From Octopus bimaculoides (lineage: Eukaryota): a stretch of 63,951 nt of DNA. Both the position numbers and the translations under genes were made by a program. Location: positions 21,801,946-21,865,896 of the forward strand of contig NC_069003.1 of assembly GCF_001194135.2 (NCBI RefSeq), given 5' to 3'. Shown one piece after another: positions 23,286 to 36,175 of the stretch (its first letter is position 1; each line of letters starts with the position of its first letter). The notes under the pieces are model-generated. The model was not told where the DNA came from, did no database searches, and was given only the letters and a program-made list of their open reading frames with translations.

Positions 23286-23550
23286 GAAAAAGAATTATTG
23301 TTGTTATCATTACTACTACTACTACTACTACTAACTACTACTACCACCTCCACTACGACCACTACTCCTACCACCATCACCACTGCTACTATTACTACTA
23401 TTACTACTGCTGCTACTACTACGACTACTACTTTTACTACTACTACAACTACTACTACTACTTTTAGTACTACTACAACTACTGCTATAACTATTTTTAC
23501 TACTACTACTACCTACTACTACTACTACCTACTACTACTACTACTACAAA
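23140..23550. repeat. (TTA)n and (CTA/ACC)n trinucleotide arrays
   Basis: Direct. Similar arrays at 4690-5040, 41700-41980, 47520-47670, 51600-52010, 56080-56440 and 62100-62440. Confidence 0.9.
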
Positions 23551-24103
23551 ACTGATAGCGTTGCAGCTTTGAGATCAATAAGATTTCTTATCAGACAGAT
23601 CATTACAGCTTAGAGAACAATGGAATTTCTAGTGTGTTCTAACAATGAAGGTGATGATGCTGGTGATAATTGTGATGTTGATGACAATGATGATGATGAT
23701 GGCGATGCCAATATTGATAATGTTGGTGGTGAAGGCAGCAGCAGTGGTGGTGGTGGTGGTGGTGGAGTGATGTATGAATGAGCTGAGTGTGTAGTGTCTG
23801 GTAGCGGAAGTAAGTTTAAGGTTAGTTCGTTGAAATAAAAAGAGAATAAATAAATAAATAAATAAATGTTTTAAAATTTAAGCAAATATAAAAAAGAAAC
23901 ATACTTTATTTTTTTTTGGAAAAAATTTCTGCTCAATGGTAGTTTAAATGATGGGTTTAGACTAGTGTTTGTATGTGCACATCTATATGAAAGTGCATGC
24001 ACCTGTGTGTGTGTGTGGGAGAGAGATTATGCATGTGTGTATGTATAATGCATATGGATATACATATATATGTACATATACACACATGTATATATTAATA
24101 TGT

Positions 24104-24146
<43 letters not shown>

Positions 24147-24222
24147 CATATACATATATACACACACACACACATATATATAGAGAGAGAGATTATACAT
24201 TTATATGTACACACATACATAT

Positions 24223-24255
<33 letters not shown>

Positions 24256-24824
24256 TGTATGTATGTATTTATTTATATGTATATATATGTGCATGTATGT
24301 GTATATATATTTATATGCATATGTGTGTGTGTGTACACATACACACCACATACAAATACATACTACAAGAATATATATAATATATATATATACATATATA
24401 CATACATACATACATACATACATACATACATACATACACACAGACATTAGACTTTTTGTAACTACATCAAGAATATTATCCTAATGTAATAACTTTAACA
24501 GAAAATACCCAAATCCTCAGACACCTTCATATCTCTTCTGCATATTAGATACATAAATGTAAAAACAGTTGATTGTATGTAAGACAAGAAAAACAAATAG
24601 GGTCATAATATATCTGCACCAAAATAACATTGATGCTCCATAGAGTTATTAGTCTTGGAGAAAGCATTTTGTTTCTGGCAAAAAATATTTACGTCTTCTC
24701 TGTCTTCAGTGTTCGGCAACAGAGTTAATGAGTCAGCTTTTATTTCAATAACTGAATGATTATTACACGCATTGGCCATTATGGGAAACTTTGAAGTGAA
24801 AATTAATCCCTACTGCAATAGGAG

Positions 24825-24940
24825 CAAGCATGGCTGTGTGGTTAAGAAGCTTTCTTCCTCAACCAACTGGTTCTGGTTTCAATCTTACAGTGTAGCACTT
24901 TAGGCAAGGTAGGTGTCTTCTAATACATCCCTTGGCCAGC
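24825..24940 (+). mobile_element. Family-A left monomer
   Basis: GCATGGCTGTGTGGTTAAGAAGC...GGTTTCAATC..GCACTTTAGGCAAG. Confidence 0.7.
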
Positions 24941-25254
24941 CAAAACGTTGTAAATAAATTTCTGAAACTATCATGGAGCAAAACGCATATAATCAATAAG
25001 TTCCTTATATATATACACATACATACATACATATATGCATACATGCATACATACATACATACATATAAACAAATAATGGACTCTCCCGCAGTTAGACAAC
25101 ATATGAGGGTTCGACAATTTCTTACCAAACAACCACACACATGATTTGTTTATAGTGATCAAATGTTTGGGTAGACATAAGCTTACTCCCTCCATCAAAT
25201 CGACATTACCTGTACAGGTGCAACTGGGTGGCACATGTCAGATGTTGAAAAGAT

Positions 25255-25375
25255 CGCAGAGCAATGAGAAATGAAGTGCTTTGCTCAAGAACACAACACA
25301 TCGCCCAGTCTGAGAATCCAACCCATGATCTCACAATTGTGAGTGCAAAACCCTTACCACTTAGCCATGCACCTT
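25255..25375 (-). mobile_element. tRNA-derived SINE (family E)
   Basis: Minus strand GCATGGCTAAGTGGTAAGG...GGGTTGGATTC...GTGTTCTTGAGCAAAGCACTTCATTTC. Confidence 0.7.
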
Positions 25376-25386
25376 CACACACACAC

Positions 25387-25429
<43 letters not shown>

Positions 25430-25963
25430 GAGTGAGTGTACAAATGAAAGAAGGGCACCCAACCAATTTATTGAGAGTTACATGTATGGATCAAAGCAGT
25501 TTGATTCCAATTCATTGGTACTCTTGAGTTTCAAGCGTGATGCTAGTCTTCAGCCATTTTGAAACTGAATGACAGAAGTTGATCGCTTTTACGGTAACGT
25601 GGGTGGCAATTGGTCAAGGAAAGTCATGCAGTGTCATGGTATGCTGTTGGTATTGGTAACATTTAGATGGAAAATACCACGTGGGCAATAGGAAGTTGAC
25701 CACACGGTGGTCTGGAAATTGGTCAGGTTATTGGAGGGGGAGTAGGAAGCGGTGGTATGTGCAAGTATATAGTTGTATATGTTGGTGCGTAGACACACTC
25801 ATATAGTGTTGTGTACATAACTGTATTGATATGAGAGTGCGCATCTGTACATGGGCATGCACACAGTTGCCCACACACACACACACACACACACATGCGC
25901 ATGCATGAGTATACATGCATATAACAAGCATTGGGGATTGGTAAGTGTTGGGAATTGGTAAGC

Positions 25964-26507
25964 AGGGACAATGACCTGGCTATCTCAAGCCATATAAACA
26001 GCCACACCATGGACAGGTTCAGGAAGGACTTGATAGCAATTTGTAAAGGATTTCAGCCTGTCTGTAATGGTTACACCAACCTGACTATGGTTGATTTCTT
26101 GGATGTAACCTTCAACCTGGATACGGGTAAGTATTACCCATACAAGAAGCTTTATGAGCATCCGCAAGAGCTCAGACCATCCCCCGCCATAATTAGAAAC
26201 CTGGTTTCAGACATTAGTAAATGACTATCTAATCTCTCAGCCAATACAGAGATCTTTAACAGAGCTGCCCCCACCACTACAACAATGCTTTGACAAGGAC
26301 TGAGTTTACTGAGAAGCTCACATACAAGGACAACCCCCAAACACCCACTCCTCACTCCCAAAAAGACCTAGAAAAAGGGAAATTATATGGTATAATCCCA
26401 CTTTCAACCTAGAAATTTCCACCAATGTAGCTAGGGGCTTCCTGTCATTAATTAAGAAACACTTCCCCAGAGGCCACAAGTATTACAAACTCTTCAACCA
26501 CCATAAC
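25964..26507 (+). pseudogene. Penelope-like element RT/thumb relic
   Basis: RDNDLA, VDFLDVTFNLDTGKYYPYKK, HP...AIIRN, RLS-like, IIWYNPTF and FLSLIKKHFPRGHKYYKLFN. Confidence 0.85.
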
Positions 26508-27729
26508 TAGTTTAACCTTGAGGGACAGACTAACAGTACACAGGCAACAAATCCAGGATTCCATGACCAGGAAAATACCCATAAGCAAACACCTTTGTTT
26601 TTACTTGAACGGATCTAATTTTTGATTGGTTATAATTTTGATGACATCTAATTCTTTCTGAAGGATGTTTTGGGTCAAAAAGTACATTTTGTTTTGGCAT
26701 TAGTGAAAAAAATAAGTACTAGAGTCAAATAAAAATTCTTCAAGGCAGTGCCCCAGCATGGTCGCAGTCTAAGGATTGAAAATGGCTGAGCTATAAGCAG
26801 TGCCACTGTTGGTCATTTCCTTGTCAGTAAACCATTGCATTTATTCTTTGGAAGACACAAGAGATCACTTTTTAACACAAAAAATGTATAGATAAACTAG
26901 TGTTAGCAACAGGAAGAGCATCCAGGGTGGGCATAAAATATGTAAAGCAATACCTCAATAAAGTGTTCGTCTAACCCATGTAAGAATGGATAAATAGACA
27001 TAAGAAAAACAAATATATAAAACGGACACAAGAAAAGGAAACATATAAAAATGAAAACTTCAGATTAACCAATTATTGTGCCCCTCGGGTATTAAATTAC
27101 TCACGAAGAAACAGAAACTGTTAGAGTTAAGAGAGAAGGGGTACATTAATTTTAATGGGTATTCATAGACAATTCCTAGAGACAACTTGAATATAATATT
27201 GGTTTAGCAGAGAACTTAGAGCGATAATATGTATATATATATATTTATATATTTATATATNNNNNNNNNNTAATGTAAACACAGTTAATATCATAGAACG
27301 CAAGCAAAACTAGTCAGGTTTTATATTTACTGAAATAAATATGTATAGTCTATATCTGTCTAAGTACACAATACAAATAAACAACAAAATATTTTACTTC
27401 GGTTGGTTCATTATTCTGAAGTCACTCTCTTTCTCTCCTTCTCTCTCTTTCTCCCATTCTCTCTCTCCACACACACACACACACATATAGTGGTAATGTA
27501 ATTATCCCGAGAAGAGCTCAATACAAACATTAAGTGCAATAGTTTATTCAAGTCAGTCCCAAGACCTGTTACTTTGGATTTTGTATCAATCTAGCTATCT
27601 GTCTGACTGTCTCTCTGTCTCTCTATCTATCTATCTATCTGTGTGTCTATTTATCTACTAACATGCATACATATATATACATATATGTGTGTGTATGTAT
27701 GTACATGTATATATGTATGTGTATGTATA

Positions 27730-28860
27730 CAGGCTGTTCAGTTAAATTTGACAATTTGCATAAAATGATAAAGAAACACAATATCTCATCCAAAAATAAA
27801 AGTATTCTAAAAAAAAGATATCAATAGGCGCAAGAGTGGCTGTGTGGTAAGTAGCTTGCTTACGAACCACATGGTTCCAGGTTCAGTCCCATTGCGTGGG
27901 ACCTTGGGCAAGTGTCGTCTTCTATAGCCTCAAGCCGACCAAAGCCTTGTGAATGGATTTGGTAGACGGAAACTGAAAGAAGCCCGTCGTATATATGTAT
28001 ATTTATGTATGTGTGTGTGTATATGTTTGTGTGTCTCTGTTTGTCCCCCCTAACATCGCTTGACAACCGATGCTGGTATGTTTACGTCCCTGTAGCCTAG
28101 CGGTTCGGCAGAAGAGACCGATAGAATAAGTACTAGGCTTACAAAGAATAAGTCTTCCGGTCGATTTGCTCGACTAAAGGCAGTGCTCCAGCATGGCCAC
28201 AGTCAAATGACTGAAACAAGTAAAAGTGTAAGAGAGTAAAGAGTATCATCTAGATTATGTCTGGAAGATAAGCTTACTCCAAGTAACTGCCATCAGCTTC
28301 AACCATGACCTGAAGATGGCTCTGAAACCTGGCACATACAATCCTCACTATGTCTCTCAGATCTTCAAGCTCCTCCTTGATCTTAGGCACCAGCTCGGAT
28401 TTGATATTGCAGGTAGAGCAGTTGGTGTCTTTCTCCACCATACTCCACATATAGTAATCTGTGGGATTATGGTCAGGGGAATTACAAGACCAGAAATTAA
28501 GGCTGGTGAAGTCATAGAAATTCTCTGACAGCCACTTCTGACTCTTTCTGGAAGTATGTCAATGAGTTGAGTTTTGCTGTCATGCATATGACCATCCAGC
28601 AACAACTCTCTCCAGCCAGGAATTGGTCAGTCCCCAGGATCTTTACAGTGTTCACAGAGCATTGAGCAGCAACCATAATGTTGGCATTTTGATAATTGGC
28701 ATGAATCATTATGATACAGGTAACTCTTTTCCCAATTCCAGACAGCTTCCAATCCTACATGACAGCTTTTTCTCAACTACAACTTTAATCATAATACTCT
28801 CCAATGCTGTTGACTGTTCACCAATACATCACACCTACATCTATATGTATACCTACATGC
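27730..28860 (-). mobile_element. maT (DD37D-like) element 3' half, interrupted by a SINE
   Basis: HTSRKSQKWLSENFYDFTSLNFWSCNSPDHNPTDYYMW at about 28440-28550. TA|CAGGCTGTTCAG TIR-like end at 27730. Confidence 0.75.
27826..28244 (+). mobile_element. Composite SINE (family A) nested in maT
   Basis: Intact head, central microsatellite and tail. Confidence 0.9.
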
Positions 28861-28879
28861 ATATATGGGTACAGGACAT

Positions 28880-29110
28880 CAAGACAAAAACGTTAAACAT
28901 AATGAGAAACAAAAACATAAAAGATAGTAACAAAGTATTTTCAATTGCTTGGGAAATAATTAGTAAAGCAAAACCTTATAGAATAGGTGATAATAAATGT
29001 GACTTTTGTGTGGAAAAAATGTACCAAATTTTCACTTCTGAATTCACTTTTATAAACACTAGACAGGAATAGGCTATGTGATGTCCACACTGGATTAAAT
29101 ATGAATTTAA
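28880..29110 (+). pseudogene. Penelope-like GIY-YIG endonuclease C-terminal relic
   Basis: FSIAWEIISKAKPYRIGDNKCDFCVEKMYQI...FINTRQE matches the CxxC-containing PLE endonuclease end. Confidence 0.8.
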
Positions 29111-30447
29111 ATGATTTAAAAGAAAATAAATTACCATCTATAGTAATTATACTAGTTAAAGTAATGATTGTGATAATGATATTTATGCAAATAATACTGA
29201 TAAATATAATTATAATAATAATAAAAATAATATCAATTGAGGGTATAAACCCAAAATAAGTGAAATACCTCTGAATAACTGATTAACTCCATACAGTGAA
29301 ATGTAAACAAAATTGTTACAATTAATTTAATATAAATCAACATTTTAAAACCATGATTCAACTGTAATATGAGTAGAGGTGATTATAAGACCAGAATTCA
29401 ATTCAATTCAAAAGTAACGTTATCACCTTCAACTGAATACCAACACAGGAAGCTTGTTTGAATTAGTTCACTTTGAAAATATCATAAGTGATGGACCCTT
29501 GATGAAATTGCAGTGACTAGGGTGCATAATTGCATACAGAGCAATGTGCAGTTGCTGCAGTAGAAACATATGTTTTTTCATTGTTATATATGCTGTAGAA
29601 AACTTTTTGTTGAAACAAAATCGCTAATAGCGCCCCTGGAAGAAATCCTTATATACATAGCCAAGGGAAATAACCCATTCATTTTCCTAAATTATTTGGT
29701 AAAAATGAAATTAAGTATGCTTATTTCTTAGTATTTCAAGTGTTAGAGTTATTTTCACAATTCATCCAGTACAACCCTTAAACAAGTAAATAATATTTTC
29801 ATAAACAATAGATCCACTTATTTTGATTAGTGACTTATTCACGAATATACCAACACTAGTGTTCCTGAAGGTAATATTCTCTGGGAACGCACAAAAGTCC
29901 TTTTCAGAGTTATTTACTTTGAATTGTTATCTCATATCTGATTAGCCTGTAATTACATTACATGCTTCATGATTTTAGTATATATACATTATTAGTATTT
30001 CCTCCCATGTTCTATATACTCTGGGAACACATTAAAGACTTCTTACTATCGAGTAACTAATCTCATGTTATTACATAACAGACTCCACAATTTGGGTATT
30101 TATAACTTATTGGGAATTCCTAAAAACAAGATCCTGTGTAAGACAGCTCAGTATTCACTGTAAATGCACAAAAACCGTTTCAAGGGCTACATACTTTGTA
30201 TTGTTATTGGATCAGTGGAACAATTGAGAATGGAACCAAGGGATAAGCCCCGCTTTCCCAGGAATTACCCGGTACGTTAGCTAGTATATACATACATATG
30301 CATATGTGTGGTGTGTGTGTACATACACACCACACATACACATGCCTGCTTGCATACACATGCATGCACGCACATACACATACATACACATATGCCATGG
30401 CTATAGGAATGAAGATTTCTAATCCAAAACAGCTGCTTCAATGTTAA

Positions 30448-30648
30448 ACAGTTCTATATTTAAGAGATACAGTTCTATATCTAAGAGATGAGGAATTATT
30501 TACATTATTTACATTTGACGGATATTTGTCTTCATCTTGTTTGTTGTTAACACAACGTTTCGGTTGATATATCCTCCAGCCTTCATCAGGTATCTTGGGG
30601 AAATTTTGACCTGGGTTCTCATTCCTAAGGTATTTTTTTATGTTGTTG

Positions 30649-30680
<32 letters not shown>

Positions 30681-30753
30681 CTGGTCACTGCCTGGAATCG
30701 AACTCGGAATTTTGGGGTTAGTAGCTCATGTTCTTAACCACTACGCCATATGC
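30448..30753 (-). mobile_element. tRNA-headed SINE-like element carrying a hammerhead (family F)
   Basis: Box A TGGCGTAGTGG (30748-30738), box B GAGTTCGATTC (30705-30695), (ATA)n linker, HHR, and a terminal 21-bp direct repeat ACAGTTCTATAT(T/C)TAAGAGAT (30448-30489). Confidence 0.75.
30549..30594 (-). ncRNA. Minimal type-I hammerhead ribozyme motif
   Basis: GATAC CTGATGA A GGCTG-gaggatatat-CAACC GAAAC GT T GTGTT. Exact CUGAUGA and GAAAC. Loopless palindromic stem III (AACGTT). Stem I GATAC/GTGTT with G-U pairs. One C-A mismatch in stem II. Confidence 0.65.
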
Positions 30754-30989
30754 AAGTCCTGGTTAATGTTGTAGGCAAGAACCACACGTCTTATATATCT
30801 TCTGTCTTGATAGATATTTGGTAAATTGAAGAGTTTTGATGGTACAGAGGTGCAGCTGAGTTAGCAGTGGCAGAGGAAGATGATGATGGGGGGGGGGTTG
30901 ATGATAAATTCTGACATGGTTCCAAATGTTAATAGTAAGAAGGAATGGTGTAGGATGGAGGAAAGATAACCGTGCCAGCTACAGAAGGG

Positions 30990-31812
30990 AGGTGTGTGTG
31001 CATGTGAGTGTGTGTTTAGTGGTTCTAGGAGAGTATGTATGTGTGTGTTTATGTGCATGTCAAATGTGTGTGTGTGTGCATGTGGAACTGAACAATGTGT
31101 GTTGAGTGTGTGTGTGTGTGAGTAGTAGTTCTAAGAGAGTATGTGTTTATGTGTGTGTGTGTGTGTGAGTGTGTGTGTGGTGGTTCTAGGAGAGTATGTT
31201 TGTGTGTGTATGTGCGTGTGTGCTTGCGCATGTATTGAGTGTGTATTGATTGTGTGTGTGTGTATGTGTTGTGTGTGTATGTGTGTGTGTGTGTCTGTGC
31301 ATCTATTGAGAGAGTGTGTTGATTGTGTGCATGTATATGTGTGTGTGTGCATGTATGTGTGTGTGTATGTGTTGTGTGTGTATGTGTGTGTGTGTCTGTG
31401 CATCTATTGAGAGAGTGTGTTGATTGTGTGCATGTATGTGTGTGTGTGTGTGCATGTATGTGTGTGTGTATGTATGTGTGTGCATGTGTGTGTGTTTCTA
31501 GGACAGTATGTATGTATGTGTGTCTGTGTGTGTTCATGTATTGTGTGTGTGTGTGTGTATGTGCACGTGTATGTACCACTGTATGTGCCTGGTGGTTCTG
31601 GGAGACTGTATATGTGTTTGTGTGTGTGTTGTATGCATATGCATGTATATGGGAGAGTATGCAAGGTGTGTTTGTGATGTGGCTGTGTAGTGTGTGTGTG
31701 TGTGATTGTTCTGGAAGAGTGCATAGATGGTGTGTGTGTGTGTGTGTGTAGGGTGCATGTAAGAAGTGGTTCTAGAAGTGAGTGGGGAGTGTGGTAGTGT
31801 ATGTGTGTTTTT

Positions 31813-31870
<58 letters not shown>
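30990..31870. repeat. Complex GT-rich minisatellite with recurrent GGTTCTAGGAGAGTATG-like motif
   Basis: Motif at 31021, 31127, 31182, 31494, 31594, 31707 and 31768. A ~45-bp block is duplicated at about 31291 and 31392. Confidence 0.75.
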
Positions 31871-31877
<7 letters not shown>

Positions 31878-32250
31878 TGTGTATGTTGAATATGAACTGT
31901 CTGAAAGTTAAGAGATGGAGGAGATTGCGTGAAAGAGAAAGGAGAGTTGATGATAAAAAGAGAGATAAGGAAAAGAGAGTAAGGGCGAGAGAGAGAGGAA
32001 GAGAGAGAGAGAGGGAGACAGACAGACAGACAGACAAAGCATAAAGACAGTGGGAGGAAGGGAAGGCAAGAAGTGGAGTTACAAAAAGAATTGGCAGAAG
32101 AGAGATAAAGATAGAGAGAAAGAGGGAGGGAGAGTGACAGAGAGGGTGAGAGAAAGAGAGAGAGAGTTGGTATTGTGAAAATTAGAAAAATGATTGCTTG
32201 TTCACTATCATTTATATCTTTTGCAATATACTTTGGCAGAAGATATACAT

Positions 32251-32314
<64 letters not shown>

Positions 32315-32321
32315 ATACATA

Positions 32322-33360
32322 TCAGGTCATTAAGAATGAAATGTCCGATTTTGAACTGGAAGTTTATTTTACTTATCTCAATGAAAAGCAATGCAGTTAA
32401 TCAAAGTATGCACCTAAATTATCAACACAGTTTTGCCATTTTATCAGTAGCTTATTTATGCCAGCAGCAAAGAATTCTGGGGAGGAAGAGGTGATGAAAT
32501 CACGAAAGGCTGTTTTTGCATCTTCTTCAGATTTGAAGTTATTTCCTTGCAAAAAGTTGTCTAATGCCTGGGAAACATGATAGTCAGTTGGTGCAAGGTC
32601 TGGGGAATATGGTAAATGACAGAGTACTTCCAAGTTCAGTTCCTGTAACTTGAGTAGCATTCTTTGTGCAACATGTGGTTGAGCATTGTCTTGCAAGAGA
32701 ATTGGCCTGTCTCTATTGACCAATCTCAGTTGTTTAATTGCAAGTTGAATCATCATGTCATCCAATTGGCTGATGTATACATCTGCTGTAATTGACTTAA
32801 CAGGTCTCATGAAGCTGTAGTGAATGACACCAGTGCTGGACTACCAAACAGACACCATTAGCTTCTTTTGGTGAATATTCTTTTTTGGATTGTGTTTTGG
32901 CACTTTGTCTCTATCCAACCACCATGCAGAACACTTGCTATTATTGAAAAGAATCCATTTTTCATCACACATAACAATATGATGTAGAAATGGTTTGCTT
33001 TTATGTTATGACAGTAAAGAACTGCAAGTTTCGAGATGATACATCATTTAATGATCGTTCAGTTCATGTGGTACCCACTTGTCCAGCTTCTTTACCTTGC
33101 CGATTTGTTTCAGATGGTCCAATACAGTTGGAATGAAAACATCAAACCTTGCTGCTAACTCATGTGTAGTTTGAGATGTATCCACTTCCACTACAGTTTC
33201 CAGCTCATCATTATCCACCTTGGTCTCAGGTCTACCACAGGGCTGATTTTCAAGAGTAAAGTCACCAGACCAGAACTTCTCAAATTATCGACGCACAGTG
33301 CAGTCATTCGCCACATCTTCACCAAACACCTTATTGATGTTTTGAGCTGTCTGGGATGTT
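32322..33360 (-). pseudogene. Mariner DD34D transposase relic (cecropia/Hsmar1-like)
   Basis: KKLDKWVPHELN, VMCDEKWILF, RPILLQDNAQPH and YSPDLAPTDYH (D34D). TA|TCAGGTC terminus at 32322. Confidence 0.92.
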
Positions 33361-33472
33361 TCGTTAGGCTTTCATGGTTTGTAGCTTGGTCTATTAAAGA
33401 AACTGTTTTTATGAGTATCACTGGATTAGCTAAATCCATATAACATCCATTAAATATATATTATATACATAG

Positions 33473-33507
<35 letters not shown>

Positions 33508-33764
33508 CATATATATCTGCAATATATTTATATGTGTGTGGTGTATGTGTTTTACATGTGTGTGGGAGGAGAGAGAGAAAGAGAGAGAGCAAAGGAGATA
33601 GAGGGTCAAGGAGTACTGTATATATATTTCCAGCAAGAGAACAAGGGGTTGACTGTAAAGTCTTGTAGTTATGTCGGGTCCCAGGTTTTTAGAAGAAATA
33701 TGCCATTGTTGACAACTGACTGGCATAGTGGGGTAGTGTTGGTGGGAGAGGTGATTGTAGTGTG

Positions 33765-33796
<32 letters not shown>

Positions 33797-35439
33797 GATT
33801 GCTGGGAACCATAATGTTGACTAATGCACCATTAATATATTATCTGTGCCTTCACCATCCCCCCCCACACACACACAATTACACACATACATACAGATGC
33901 AAGCACTGACGTATGAGTTGATTGAGAGAAAATAGAAACTTTTGGCCAATCTGGGATGTTTTGGAAAAGGAATGGCAGGATCGGAAAGGTCAGGTCTGTG
34001 AGTTGAAGGTCAATATTTGAAAGGCACATACACACCTATATATCATCACACATACATATACATATATCATCACACACATCCATACATATTCATTCATACA
34101 CACATATGCACATACAGGTAGACTCGTATATAGACGTACATGTACATATGGCCTGGTGATAATGGTGGTGGTGGTGATGGAGATGATGATGGTGATGATG
34201 ATGACATATATAAACATATGGTCATACAATCATACTTTAAAAAATTCAGTTTTTTAATTATTAATTAATAATTAGAAAGTTGAAAATAGGTTATAAAAAT
34301 AATAGCAGTACTTAATTAGTTAGTACAATAAATAGAATACAAAAATTAGTTATATATTACAGTAAAATCTACTTATAACAACAAATTCACAGTAAAACTT
34401 GTGTGAGTTATTGCCTAAGTTATTGCTAAGTCTTCACATTTTTAGTCTTGACCCAATGCCTATTTTTTACATAATTCTACTTTGCATAAAACTTTAGCTA
34501 TATTGGTACTTCTGGCTCTCATTTCTTAAGTATTCTAGTGTGTCAATATTTTAACAAAATGATGGTACTTTTTTTTAATTATAATATTACTTTGCAAATT
34601 AAAATCAAATAATTTTTAATATTCAAATTTTATCCTTAGCTGCAATATTTTAAGTATAAATTTTCTTGTTCTGTACTTTACCAGATGTAATAACTTGTCC
34701 TGTAATTTTCCAGGTTTATAATCTTAAGAATATTATTTCTCTTGCTTGCATTTTTCCATGTAATCCATGTTTTTTTCCAGGCTATGCTATTATGCTAATT
34801 AATAATGTGTTAAATGTGTCAATTAGCAGTGTTGTTGATAATTTTTTCTTTACCTCAGTGACGCCATTGACATATATTAAAAGTCACTTATAGAACTATA
34901 TTCATAAAAAAAGTATAGAACTATATTATCACCCTCAAATTTGAGAAACAAACACATAACTTTTTTCTTTTAAAACTTCATTGCATGAGATTGATACCAT
35001 GAAACTCCTCGAATTGAGTTCTATCATTTAAGCTTAATTTAAAGATAGTTTTTAAAATAAAATGTTAATTATACTTAAATTCAATTTTTTGCCTTTTTTT
35101 TTTTCATATTTTACCACACAACTTTTTTGATACAAATTTTTGTTGCATGGGACCAAAACTACGAAATTCTTCATGCTTTCTTCTATCATTAAAATAAAAA
35201 GTTATTTAGATCTAAACTTGATTGGCAGTGTTACTTAATTAGAAATTTTGTTGTAAACATTTTTCTACTGGACTAATTCTCAATTTTTTTATGCCAAAAT
35301 GTAGCTGGGACCAGTACTCTTCAAAAATGTTAACAGTTTTCAATTTAGTTAAGAACTTAATTAGCAACAAAGCTCTGAAGATGCTGCATGTAAGGAAATT
35401 GTGGCCTTAAGAATATTATTCAATTACTACCGTAGTTGA

Positions 35440-36004
35440 ATGATTCTTTTATTCTTTCACTTGTTTCAGTCATTTTATTGTAGCCACGCTGGAGCATTGC
35501 CTTGAAGGGTTTTAGTCAAACAAATCAACTCCAGGGCATGTTTTTTAAGTCTAGAATTTATTTTTTCAGCCTCTTTTCCTGAACCACTAAGCTACATAGA
35601 CATAAATACACCAACACCGGTTGTCAAGCAATGACGGGGAACAAACACAGACACAAAGACACACAGAGTTACATGTATATATATGTGTGTGTGTGTGTGT
35701 GTGTATGTACATCAGCGCCGCCTTGACTGGCTTCCGTGCCAGTGGCACATAAAAGGCACCAACCAATCATGGTTGTTGCCAGCCTCCTCTGGCCCCTGTG
35801 CCAGTGGCACGTAAAAAGCACCCACTACACTCACAGAGTGGTTGGCGTTAGGAAGGGCATCCAGCTCTAGAAATACTGCCAGATCAGACTGGATCCTGGT
35901 GCAGCCTCCTGGCTTCTCAGACCCCAGTCGAACCATCCAACCCATGCTAGCATGGAAAACGGACGTTAAACAATGATGATGATGATGATGTATATGTGTG
36001 TCTT

Positions 36005-36078
<74 letters not shown>

Positions 36079-36175
36079 TATGATGGGCTCCTTTAAGATT
36101 CTGTCTCCCAAATCCACTCACAAGGCTTTGATCAGCCCAAGGCTACAGTAGAAGACATTTGCCCAAGGTGCCACA
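35440..36175 (-). mobile_element. Family-A SINE split by a family-B insertion in its central microsatellite
   Basis: Right monomer 35440-35670, family-B copy 35712-35990 (+), left monomer 36080-36175. Confidence 0.75.

Noticed and set aside
30690-30753. SINE heads as true tRNA genes (also 6390, 13944, 27826 and others)
   Set aside because: Box A/B are present, but I could not fold a complete cloverleaf and each runs into SINE body sequence.
31021-31785. CRISPR-like repeat-spacer appearance
   Set aside because: Eukaryotic context, degenerate repeats, irregular spacing, low-complexity related spacers and no cas genes.
35370-35410. CTGAAGA...GGAAATTGTG as a hammerhead
   Set aside because: No convincing stem II or III, and G at the cleavage position.
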